From positions 4,336 through 68,335 of the forward strand of contig DHKO01000012.1 of NCBI GenBank assembly GCA_002404895.1: DNA of 64,000 bases, in the 5' to 3' direction. How positions within the stretch are numbered: the stretch's first letter is position 1; each line of letters begins with the position of its first letter. The stretch comes from Treponema sp. UBA4692. GTDB lineage: Bacteria; Spirochaetota; Spirochaetia; Treponematales; Treponemataceae. The notes below the pieces were generated by a model. The model worked only from the letters and a program-made list of their open reading frames with translations. It did not search any database and was not told the DNA's origin. This document shows, one piece after another, positions 9,000-16,679 of this stretch. A program made the position numbers and the translations under genes.

Positions 9000-9242
9000 T
9001 CATATCGCGCCGCACTCTTTCAGAATCCTGATTGATTTCTCCACGTACTCTTTGACACTCTCCGATGTTTTGGGTATATTTTGACTGAAAGAGTTACTGC
9101 CAATTCCGTAAATGGATTCAATAATCTTATTGAATTGGAAGGCACGCGGACTTCCTAAGCTCTTTTTCACAACGTCGATATTAGGATTTATCCATATCGG
9201 CGTTTTATTTTTGTACCAGTCCTTTCTCCACATACTCATCAA
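9000..9242 (-). pseudogene. Toxin-cassette remnant ending in the shared tail EYVEKSIRILKECGAI
   Basis: Tail homologous to 11481-11530; no clear SD. Confidence 0.55.
9052..9080 (+). promoter_or_regulatory. Antisense sigma70 promoter
   Basis: TTGACA-17-TATATT. Confidence 0.65.
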
Positions 9243-9263
9243 GACTTTCTGTATTTTTTAGTG

Positions 9264-9291
9264 TTGACTTTTCCGCAGGTTATGCTAATAT
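9264..9291 (+). promoter_or_regulatory. Antisense sigma70 promoter
   Basis: TTGACT-16-(TG.)TAATAT. Confidence 0.6.
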
Positions 9292-9297
9292 CCAAGC

Positions 9298-9360
9298 GAG
9301 CTGTGGAACGTTTCGGACGTTTGGCGGCTGGGCTTTTCCGCATGGCCGCACCGCAGACAT
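9298..9360 (+). ncRNA. Putative three-way-junction small RNA facing the 3' end of the PBECR-like gene
   Basis: CTGTGG/CCGCAG closing stem, AACGT/ACGTT hairpin, GCGGCT/GGCCGC hairpin; directly after the promoter at 9264. Confidence 0.5.
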
Positions 9361-9933
9361 TTAAACCATAGGATATGGTCGATAGAAAGTTTCCAAGCAA
9401 AGTTTGTCGAATTTTCTTCTGAAAGTCATCTGAAATACAATTTTTCCTCTCTGATATTTTGTAAATGATATAACAGGCACTTGCATTGTTCTTGTATGGT
9501 TTGCTTCTTTTTTTATTATTGTTGACCTATCATTTATAACTTTTCGTATTAAAAGCAAATCTTCTGGCGTAATTTTATGACTAGGATTATTTAGTGAATG
9601 TCTGATAAAGTCGCTTTCTATTACAAGGTTGTCAGGTCTAAATCCACTAGCTTGTTCAATTCTGTTTTTAACACCAGCATTTAATTTATCGACCAAAATA
9701 GACTCTTGATATTGAGCACTGCTTAAAGAATCTCTAATGAACTGCCTAAAATCTCTTTTAGTTGCAATTTCCTTGTGCCAAGAAACTTTCTTTTCACAAT
9801 CTTTGTATTTGTAAACCCAATGTCCATTTATCATTCTTTTACTGATATATTCATGGCTTCTGCCATGAGATTTTTCAATCCCGAAAACCTCGCATAGCTC
9901 ATCGTACAGTTCTTTCTTAATCATTATTTTCAT
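9361..9933 (-). CDS. Putative BECR/PBECR-like RNase with shared 21-aa N-terminal leader
   Basis: FIRHS..ITPEDL..LETFY pattern; leader MKIMIKKELYDELCEVFGIEK shared with 11718..12482. Confidence 0.6.
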   Translation of the reverse strand: MKIMIKKELYDELCEVFGIEKSHGRSHEYISKRMINGHWVYKYKDCEKKVSWHKEIATKRDFRQFIRDSLSSAQYQESILVDKLNAGVKNRIEQASGFRPDNLVIESDFIRHSLNNPSHKITPEDLLLIRKVINDRSTIIKKEANHTRTMQVPVISFTKYQRGKIVFQMTFRRKFDKLCLETFYRPYPMV

Positions 9934-9970
9934 ATGTAATTTTCCTGTCTATTTTTCTTTACCTAAACCG

Positions 9971-10606
9971 CTAGGCGAAAAGCCCTAAGATGAATTCTCT
10001 TCCGAGCTGTGTTATCCGCCTGTGGTAGATGACTTTTCCGCTGTCCAGCACTTCCTGCTTTATCTCGAAATAGCCGCAGTCCGCATATTCAGAGAACGGA
10101 AGCCAAGTGTCGTTCTGCTTGAACTGGATTCTCTTCTCCGCGAGCCTCTGGTTAAGCTCGGCTGCGGACTTCATTCCAAGCTCCTTTGCTATCTCGGTCG
10201 CCGTATATGTCTTGTTCACGTGCATAAGAACCGCGTTTGTCTGCTCAGCCTTGACTCTTGCGGCTCTCTCCTCCTCGTACTTTCTTTCAAGCAGGGCGAC
10301 AAAATCCGCGTTTGCTTTCTTGTAGTTCTCGAGAATTTCAAGGTCTGTAACAGCACTTTTGACCTTTTCGGTACTGAAAAGGTTATGATGTCCTTTCAGT
10401 TCCTTGCTGATTGCGGAGACTTCCTCCTGATTAAGAAAAGTCGTCCGTCCGTTCTGCTTCTTGTCCGGGAACAGCTTTGTTACCGCTCTGTCCACAGCGG
10501 AATAAGACACGCCCATTGCCGAGGCGACTTCTTTAACAGTCATTGTCTTTGGCTCTCTTGCTTGCAGTTCCGTCATTTTCTTGTTTCCCATTTTCATTGT
10601 CTCCAT
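9971..10606 (-). CDS. Phage antirepressor, KilAC domain
   Basis: YTATEIAKELGMKSAAELNQRL..QFKQNDTW..RITQLGREFI. Confidence 0.85.
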   Translation of the reverse strand: METMKMGNKKMTELQAREPKTMTVKEVASAMGVSYSAVDRAVTKLFPDKKQNGRTTFLNQEEVSAISKELKGHHNLFSTEKVKSAVTDLEILENYKKANADFVALLERKYEEERAARVKAEQTNAVLMHVNKTYTATEIAKELGMKSAAELNQRLAEKRIQFKQNDTWLPFSEYADCGYFEIKQEVLDSGKVIYHRRITQLGREFILGLFA

Positions 10607-10611
10607 TTTTT

Positions 10612-11220
10612 TTACTTCTCAAAATCCGCCTTTACATTCTCATCTATGCTTGTGTCCAGCTTCTTCGCCAAATACACAAGACCTTTTGAAGTTGCCAGAG
10701 TGACAGGCCTGTTCCCGACTTTCTCGTTTATGAATTTCACGACCACCTTGAAATTTCCGCTCTTAATCTGCTCCTGGTTCGGGCTGTTGTCATTGTTCAG
10801 GATTTTCAAGGCTCTAAGTTTTTTGTAAAGCGTTATGTTTCCATAAGGAAGTTTTAAGGCTTTCGCCGCCTGGTTCATCGAGAAGCAGCCCCGACCGTCC
10901 GCAATGCGGCTGAGCGACTTTTCCGCAAGTTCCGCTCTCGACTTGTACTCGTTCGCTTTCCGAATATGATAGGCAAGGACTTTCTGCGTCATCATTTCCA
11001 TTTCGTAATCTGTTGCAGCACCTACAACTTCTGTTGTAGGTAGCATTTTTTGTTTTATCTCCGTAACCTGTATTTCAGTCAGTCTTGTTTCAATTCCATT
11101 TTTCAATATTTCAGGAAACATCTTTCTGATATGCTTTTTTATCGCCTCCGGGCTAACATTCAATACAGAAGCGACTTCTTTAACAGTCATTGTCTTCTCT
11201 TTCTTCAAAATCTCGTTCAT
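10612..11220 (-). CDS. Phage antirepressor, KilAC domain
   Basis: SMNQAAKAL..LYKKLR..PNQEQI..TLATSKGLVYL; KTMTVKEVAS shared with the neighbour. Confidence 0.85.
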   Translation of the reverse strand: MNEILKKEKTMTVKEVASVLNVSPEAIKKHIRKMFPEILKNGIETRLTEIQVTEIKQKMLPTTEVVGAATDYEMEMMTQKVLAYHIRKANEYKSRAELAEKSLSRIADGRGCFSMNQAAKALKLPYGNITLYKKLRALKILNNDNSPNQEQIKSGNFKVVVKFINEKVGNRPVTLATSKGLVYLAKKLDTSIDENVKADFEK

Positions 11221-11236
11221 TTTTTTTCTCCGGCAT

Positions 11237-11399
11237 AAAAAAGCCCCGCGACCTAATCCCTCTTTTTCAAGAGCAAGCTGCGGACTAGGACACGGAGCCA
11301 AATTTTCGAGGTTATGATGACTTTTCAGAGAGGCAACTTATCTTCTCCAGCAATCGGCGGTTCTTGTCGTTTCACTTTTTCAAGTCTTTTTCGATTGCT
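11237..11399 (-). terminator. Attenuator leader C upstream of the KilAC genes
   Basis: Long imperfect hairpin 11243-11299 plus U6; TTGAAAAAG repeated directly in the loop (11270-11262) and upstream (11383-11375). Confidence 0.6.
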
Positions 11400-11557
11400 T
11401 CAACAAGATAAACTTATTCAGATTCTTATTCAAGTGTAAAAAGATATTTTTTAACAAAAATATACATAAAGATTTTATTTTCATATTGCGCCGCACTCCC
11501 TTAGAATTCTGATTGACTTTTCCACATATTCATCAAGAGTTTCTGCATTTCTAAGTG

Positions 11558-11585
11558 TTGACTTTTCCGCTGTTTCTGATATTCT
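11558..11585 (+). promoter_or_regulatory. Antisense sigma70 promoter
   Basis: TTGACT-16-(TG.)TATTCT. Confidence 0.6.
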
Positions 11586-11591
11586 GTATAC

Positions 11592-11673
11592 GGTGATAGG
11601 AACGGTTTCAGTATCTACTATCGGACACGCCGAGAAGTTGTCAGAATCCCTGTTGTCAAGCAGGGGTTTTTTT
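11592..11673 (+). ncRNA. Putative ~80-nt small RNA with its own intrinsic terminator
   Basis: Promoter at 11558; GATAG/CTATC and GACA/TGTC hairpins; terminator CCCTG-N8-CAGGG-G-T7. Confidence 0.6.
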
Positions 11674-11674
11674 A

Positions 11675-11702
11675 TTGACTTTTTCCAGCGTTGTGGTATA
11701 TT
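11675..11702 (+). promoter_or_regulatory. Antisense sigma70 promoter firing into the toxin gene 3' end
   Basis: TTGACT-16-(TG.)TATATT. Confidence 0.65.
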
Positions 11703-11717
11703 GAAAACACCGGGGGG

Positions 11718-12482
11718 TTATAGTCCCGAGCTTTTTTGGAGCAGGCTTCGGTCTGTTCCGCCTTTTTTCTCAATTTTCCTCATATCAAAGAATTCAATTT
11801 CATCTTCATCGCCAAAGCATATTATTGTTATACTTTTTTCTCTTTTCGTATTCGTTGCGCCATTCATTATTGCTCTGTACCGCATATAATCAGTTGATTT
11901 TCGGCTTCCAAAAAATATTACAATTCCTGGTGCTTGCCTTAAACCTGACTGATACTGTTTCTTGATTGTTTCTAGTCCGCCGCTTATATTCTTAAAATCA
12001 AATTTTACATCATTCACAATAGCATCGTAAGAAATTTCAGTAGGTTTTTCTTCTGGCAGATAGACCGAAAAACCTTTATCTGCAAGAAATTCAGCGTCCA
12101 GATATTCTATTTTCCTTTTTATTATATCTTGCCTAGATATATTTTTTGCATTTGGATTTCTACTGTTGTGATAATAAATATTCTTTCTGTCTGAACAATC
12201 GCAAAGTTCTTTCTTTTCCCTTATTTCGGTTTTTACAGACTGCGGTGAATTATTCGCAACATCATCCATAAGCTGTTTTAACCTGTGAACAATATCTGCC
12301 TGACTGTCCTTTTTAGACTTTCCTCTAAACTCATTTTCTCTTTTGTTCTCCGGGAAATTTCGCTGATATTGATAGCCCTTTCTGCCGTTTGCTGGCGGAA
12401 CAACTACAGTCCTTATTCCCTTTTCAATCCCGAAAACCTCGCATATCTCATCATACAGTTCTTTCTTAATCATTATCTTCAT
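11718..12482 (-). CDS. Putative CdiA-C-like PD-(D/E)xK nuclease/tRNase with shared N-terminal leader; frame stays open to 11481 past one TAA
   Basis: SYDAIVNDVKFDFKNISG..IKKQYQSGLRQAPGIVI; ATGA-coupled to the upstream gene. Confidence 0.6.
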   Translation of the reverse strand: MKIMIKKELYDEICEVFGIEKGIRTVVVPPANGRKGYQYQRNFPENKRENEFRGKSKKDSQADIVHRLKQLMDDVANNSPQSVKTEIREKKELCDCSDRKNIYYHNSRNPNAKNISRQDIIKRKIEYLDAEFLADKGFSVYLPEEKPTEISYDAIVNDVKFDFKNISGGLETIKKQYQSGLRQAPGIVIFFGSRKSTDYMRYRAIMNGATNTKREKSITIICFGDEDEIEFFDMRKIEKKGGTDRSLLQKSSGL

Positions 12483-12619
12483 GCGTCCCTGTCCCCATAA
12501 AGAAGCTCAATCAGGCTCATTTTCAGCTTCCATTCCGCGCTCCTGTACTCGCTGCTCCCCAGATATTCAAGAAGAGCAGCGAAAAGGCTTTCACTAAGAA
12601 ACAAATCATCGGCTTTCAT
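12479..12619 (-). CDS. Small hypothetical protein (MKADDLFLSE...)
   Basis: ATGA overlaps on both sides. Confidence 0.55.
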   Translation of the reverse strand: MKADDLFLSESLFAALLEYLGSSEYRSAEWKLKMSLIELLYGDRDA

Positions 12620-12819
12620 TTTGAGAAAAACTCTCTCAATAAGGCTTCGTGCCTTTTTCCGTCCTCTTCCGCCTCCGTTCTTGTCTGCCGCTCCGCGCCT
12701 TTCCAGCAGTTCGCATAGCTCCAAGCCCTGTATGTGATTCTTGCCGGTGAAATATACCTTGTCTCTGTTATGTAGAAAAGCTGAGTTTTGGATTCCATCT
12801 TCTTCTTCCTGAAAATCAT
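12616..12819 (-). CDS. Small hypothetical protein (MIFRKKKMES...)
   Basis: ATGA-coupled chain. Confidence 0.55.
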   Translation of the reverse strand: MIFRKKKMESKTQLFYITETRYISPARITYRAWSYANCWKGAERQTRTEAEEDGKRHEALLREFFSK

Positions 12820-12989
12820 TTCTTCGCCTCTCTGAAAGACTTGCACCATTTGTCAGGCGCGCTAACCATTCTGTATCTTTTACACATCTTCACGCCGTCA
12901 AATTCGGCGCACCGGCGGCAGTTCTCGGTCTTTGCCGGGAAATATTCCTTTTTCTCTTTCTTTATTTCGTCCTTGAAAAAGCCCATCAT
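12816..12989 (-). CDS. 57-aa Cys-rich protein (CRRC..C..C)
   Basis: Manual translation; ATGA-coupled. Confidence 0.55.
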   Translation of the reverse strand: MMGFFKDEIKKEKKEYFPAKTENCRRCAEFDGVKMCKRYRMVSAPDKWCKSFREAKK

Positions 12990-13315
12990 TTTCTTTTCGC
13001 TCCTGTCTTGTATTTCTCATGGTATTCAGCCAGCTTGTCATCAGTAAGCAAAATCCATTCACTCACGCTCTCGCGGCTCCAGACTTTTCGCCCTCCAACA
13101 TATCCATCAGGAATTCCGCCCTTGCACTGGTAGAAACGATTTGAGCGGTATGTGCTAAGCACCATTCCGCCTTTCGCAGCCCAGCACTGCTCATCGCTGA
13201 ACCATTCCTGAGACGGCAAGCCGATTTCAGCGCACTCATCTTTTTTCAGAATTTCCGTTTTCATCGCCTGAATAATTTCCTTTATTTCTGCAATCTCAGG
13301 AATATTGAACTCCAT
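12986..13315 (-). CDS. Excisionase/AlpA-like DNA-binding protein
   Basis: GIPDGYVGGRKVWSRESVSEWI wing-helix pattern; AGGAGG SD. Confidence 0.5.
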   Translation of the reverse strand: MEFNIPEIAEIKEIIQAMKTEILKKDECAEIGLPSQEWFSDEQCWAAKGGMVLSTYRSNRFYQCKGGIPDGYVGGRKVWSRESVSEWILLTDDKLAEYHEKYKTGAKRK

Positions 13316-13325
13316 AAAAAGCCTC

Positions 13326-13517
13326 CTACTTCCCGATTCTCTTTCTGAAAACAATCATCAGCGCAAGCCTGATTCTCGATTTCAAGTCAAGGCGGTACAC
13401 AACAATAAAGAAGTCCTGCCACAAAGAGCCGCTCATCTTCTTTCTGTATTCAAGATTGTTTTTCTCGAAAGTCTGCCTTGCGTATTTTCTCATCTTCTTT
13501 GTCTGCTTTCCGTTCAT
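13326..13517 (-). CDS. Small basic phage protein
   Basis: AGGAG SD. Confidence 0.6.
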   Translation of the reverse strand: MNGKQTKKMRKYARQTFEKNNLEYRKKMSGSLWQDFFIVVYRLDLKSRIRLALMIVFRKRIGK

Positions 13518-13526
13518 TTTTTTCTC

Positions 13527-14579
13527 CTAAATCTTTTTGTAGCGAAGCCCGTTCTTGTCGATAAGCAAGCGGAGCGCGACAAGCTGCCTTACAGAGCCTA
13601 AAATCTCCAGCCTGTACGATTCCGTTTTCTCCAAATTTGCCGTTCCAGCTTTCGCCAGATATTGCGCAAGTTCCGCACTGGTCGGAAAAACCACGCCTAA
13701 ATCAGCCATTGCATTTTCCGTCTGATTTTGCCCAATTTCAGCATTATTTGGCAAAATTGCGCCCGAATTTTGCGTGTTTTCTGCAAAATTCGCTTCAATT
13801 TCGCTGTTTTCTGTCAAAATTGGTGCTTTTGCAGCGTTTTTCATTGCGGCTTCTCTAAGGGCTTTTTCAGCCTCTTCCTGCCGCCTGCGCTCCTCCTCGG
13901 CTTTCAGCGCGGCGCGGTTATCTTTTAGCTGGTTGCCTTTTTCAAGCGTTGCGTTCAAGTCCAAAGTCTCAAGATAGAACGACTGCAACGTCTCGGAGTC
14001 CTCGTCTTTCATGCTTCTTAAAGTCGCAAGCTCGCCTGTAATCTTCTCGACTTTCGCCTCAACCTCTTTCATAACGTCATTCATCGTGAAAGTCTTGTTC
14101 AGCCATTTCGGGTTGAAGATTTTTTCAAGCGGAATGATTGTTATCCCCAGCGTGTGCCAGTAGCCCTCAATCTCCTTGCGCTTTTTATCCTTTTCAGCGT
14201 TCTCGGCCTGCTTCACTACACTATTCAGGTTGTCGTAGCACTCCAAAACTTCCTTTTCAAGCGACCTCATCTCGTCAAGAAAATCATTCAGCGGCTTGTT
14301 CCACTCCGCGCTCACCTTCTTTCTCTTGTCCGATATTGCGTCCTTGACCTTTGTAAGAAGAGCCTTGTCAGCCTTTGCCACCGCAGGATTTCCGATATAG
14401 CGGTCAACAGTGAACTTTTTCAGCTCGTTTCTGATTTTCTCAGCAAGCTCCTTCGCATTGCTAGTGAGCTTTCCCGCCACAATCTCCGCCGACAGCTCAA
14501 AGTCCGCGATTTTGTTTTCATTCTCATTCACCGCAGCTACGGCAATCTGTGTGTCCTCATTTTTCTTCGCTCTTGGCAT
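13527..14579 (-). CDS. DUF1351-like coiled-coil phage protein
   Basis: AKADKALL..KRKKV..WNKPL..KIFNPKWLNKT. Confidence 0.75.
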   Translation of the reverse strand: MPRAKKNEDTQIAVAAVNENENKIADFELSAEIVAGKLTSNAKELAEKIRNELKKFTVDRYIGNPAVAKADKALLTKVKDAISDKRKKVSAEWNKPLNDFLDEMRSLEKEVLECYDNLNSVVKQAENAEKDKKRKEIEGYWHTLGITIIPLEKIFNPKWLNKTFTMNDVMKEVEAKVEKITGELATLRSMKDEDSETLQSFYLETLDLNATLEKGNQLKDNRAALKAEEERRRQEEAEKALREAAMKNAAKAPILTENSEIEANFAENTQNSGAILPNNAEIGQNQTENAMADLGVVFPTSAELAQYLAKAGTANLEKTESYRLEILGSVRQLVALRLLIDKNGLRYKKI

Positions 14580-15339
14580 TTTTATTCTCCTTTACTGTCT
14601 TTCTGATTTCTTCAAGTCCATTGTCGTTATAGCGGAATGACTGCACTTCCTTTTCCGAGAAGCGCGACTTGTCAAGCACGAATATCCCGAAAACCTCTGT
14701 TTTAAGGTTTCTTGCGTTCGCGATTCTTCCCACCATGTTCGCGGACACTCCAAGAATCTTCCCGATTTCTCCTGCGGAGTACGTCTTTTCAGTCCGAGGA
14801 AGAGGAAGCAGAAAATCCCCTGTCAGCTCCTTTGTCGCGTATGCGTCAAGAATCTGTCTGTAGCTTTCAGCTTTGCCCTCGTAGCTAAGCCCGATTTCAC
14901 GCAGAAGCTCCGCCCTCTTGAACGCAATCTCCTTTTCCTTTGCAAAGTCTCGTTTCGGGGAAGCATAATATCCGCCTGTCTTTCTGATTGACGGAAGAAC
15001 CTCAGAAGTTACCCAGTGCTTAAATTCCCGCGCGCTTTCAAGCTTGCTTCCAAAAATCAGAGCGTAAACACCGGATTCGTTGATAAAAACCGGATATTGC
15101 TTTCTGTTCATTGAGTCCAAAATATATGGGTCGGTGTTTCGCCCACCCATCCTGTCATCTTCATCAACGTGCTTTTTCACCGCATCGGAAGAATCTTTGT
15201 ACCCCAAAGCCTTTGCAATATCCCTGCCAACAAAATAAGGCTCGCCGCCGATAACCATAGAGCGGATTTCTCCGAACTTCTCGCTGCTGAAAACTGTCAA
15301 GGATTTTCCCCCGACAGCCGATAATGTAACTGTGTTCAC
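14557..15339 (-). CDS. Bro-N domain antirepressor
   Basis: FGEIRS..GEPYFVGRDIAKALGY..INESGVYALIFGSKL..WVTSEVLPSIRKTGGY; GTG start after AAGGAG. Confidence 0.9.
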   Translation of the reverse strand: MNTVTLSAVGGKSLTVFSSEKFGEIRSMVIGGEPYFVGRDIAKALGYKDSSDAVKKHVDEDDRMGGRNTDPYILDSMNRKQYPVFINESGVYALIFGSKLESAREFKHWVTSEVLPSIRKTGGYYASPKRDFAKEKEIAFKRAELLREIGLSYEGKAESYRQILDAYATKELTGDFLLPLPRTEKTYSAGEIGKILGVSANMVGRIANARNLKTEVFGIFVLDKSRFSEKEVQSFRYNDNGLEEIRKTVKENKNAKSEEK

Positions 15340-15340
15340 A

Positions 15341-15404
15341 AGACACTCCTTGCGGTTAAACGGCGGTGATTCCGCCAAGAATAAACGCGCCGTTTTTCCG
15401 CTTG
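15341..15404 (-). promoter_or_regulatory. Conserved structured 5' leader, copy 2 (Bro-N)
   Basis: Homologous to 7338-7400. Confidence 0.7.
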
Positions 15405-15411
15405 CAAAAAA

Positions 15412-15519
15412 AATAAAAGAAAAGCCGCAAGGCTTTCCTACGACAAAAAACCTTGCGGCTTGCGGTCTAAGACCGATTGCCAGAGCAATCACATAAGGTC
15501 GTAGGCTTGTGTCATTGCT
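15412..15519 (-). terminator. Attenuator leader A: terminator whose loop is complementary to an upstream 8-mer
   Basis: Perfect 11-bp stem 15422-15432/15451-15461 plus U-tract; loop GTCGTAGG versus upstream CCTACGAC (15505-15498). Confidence 0.75.
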
Positions 15520-15546
15520 TTAATCAGTTAATTTTAACCATTTTTT

Positions 15547-15575
15547 ATATTAAGGTTAAAATTAACCTTAGTCAA
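15547..15575 (-). promoter_or_regulatory. Leftward sigma70 promoter with palindromic operator in the spacer
   Basis: TTGACT-17-TAATAT; TAAGGTTAA-AA-TTAACCTTA at 15551-15570. Confidence 0.75.
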
Positions 15576-15596
15576 TAAATTCAGGTTATTCTATAT

Positions 15597-15878
15597 ATGG
15601 ATTTCTACGAAAGAGTTAAAATTCTTTCTAAAAAAAACAACATTTCTCTCACCTCCTTTTTGCAGTCATTAGGAATCAACTATGAAACCTATAAATCAGC
15701 AAAACGACTTAACAATCTTCCTCGTGCAGACGAGGCCGTAAAAATCGCTTCCGCCCTCAATACCTCCGTTGAGTTCCTAGTAACAGGCGGTGAATCCGCA
15801 TCTCAAAATGAGACATTCGACCCGTACAAGGAAAAATTCGACCGTCTAGTCAAAGCCATAAAAGCCCTGCCGGTCTGA
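15597..15878 (+). CDS. XRE-family HTH repressor 3
   Basis: PRADEAVKIASALNTSVEFLVTG. Confidence 0.9.
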   Translation: MDFYERVKILSKKNNISLTSFLQSLGINYETYKSAKRLNNLPRADEAVKIASALNTSVEFLVTGGESASQNETFDPYKEKFDRLVKAIKALPV

Positions 15879-16268
15879 TTCTTTTTTTCTGAAACAGCCA
15901 AGAAATCATCTCTCTTCAATTTTTCTGCCTTTTGTGCTAAACTTGTATTAGCAGTTGTCGAAGATTTTAATGTGTTCATTCGTGGACGCTCCTTGTCTTT
16001 TCAGATGAATCCGCCAAGACGCACTCTGGAAAGACATTCTTCAATAAAAAAGCCCTGCTCTCTTGTCTACAACGAAATTTCTTCCGATGTTTGAGCCAGA
16101 CAAGAGCCGCAAGGCTAGAACTTAAAAACAGTTCAGAAAAAGGCTCAATTTTTTTTCTCAGCTGTCTTAACAATGTAAATAATTCTAAAACGAATTATTT
16201 ACCAATATTTATAAAATCCATTACGATTTATTGTCAATAACTTTTAATGTTTTTTGGAATTATTATCA

Positions 16269-16607
16269 ATGACACCTAAAGAATTTTGGAATGGAGTAAA
16301 GCCTCTAATTAAAAAAAACGGACTCACTCAGGCAAAACTGGCGGAAATCTGCAATATTCCGTTCGGCACGTTGCAGGGCTGGATTGCAAAATCAGTGCTT
16401 CCAGATGTCCTTTCAGCCCAGAAAATCGCTTCCGCCCTCAACACAACTGTAGATTATCTTGTAACCGGAAAAAACGAGGCCGTCCCCATGGACTTGCAGA
16501 TGACGATAGCGCAGCTCTCAGAGTTCACATTCGAGGAACGCCAGCCGATTCTCTTCATGCTCCAGGGGCAGATTGAATACTGGAAAAAAGTATTGAACAA
16601 GAAATAA
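16269..16607 (+). CDS. XRE-family HTH repressor 4
   Basis: LTQAKLAEICNIPFGTL..IASALNTTVDYLVTG. Confidence 0.9.
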   Translation: MTPKEFWNGVKPLIKKNGLTQAKLAEICNIPFGTLQGWIAKSVLPDVLSAQKIASALNTTVDYLVTGKNEAVPMDLQMTIAQLSEFTFEERQPILFMLQGQIEYWKKVLNKK

Positions 16608-16645
16608 AAGCAAAAAGCCACATCTTAACGCTATACGCTCTATCC

Positions 16646-16672
16646 TAAAGATTTTTTCTGTATCTCCGATAA
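16646..16672 (+). promoter_or_regulatory. sigma28 (FliA)-type promoter, probably giving a leaderless mRNA
   Basis: TAAA-15-TCCGATAA, 7 nt before ATG 16680. Confidence 0.55.
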
Positions 16673-16679
16673 GAAAAGC

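Noticed and set aside
12479..12724. 81-aa version of this ORF
   Set aside because: ATGA coupling supports the shorter start at 12619
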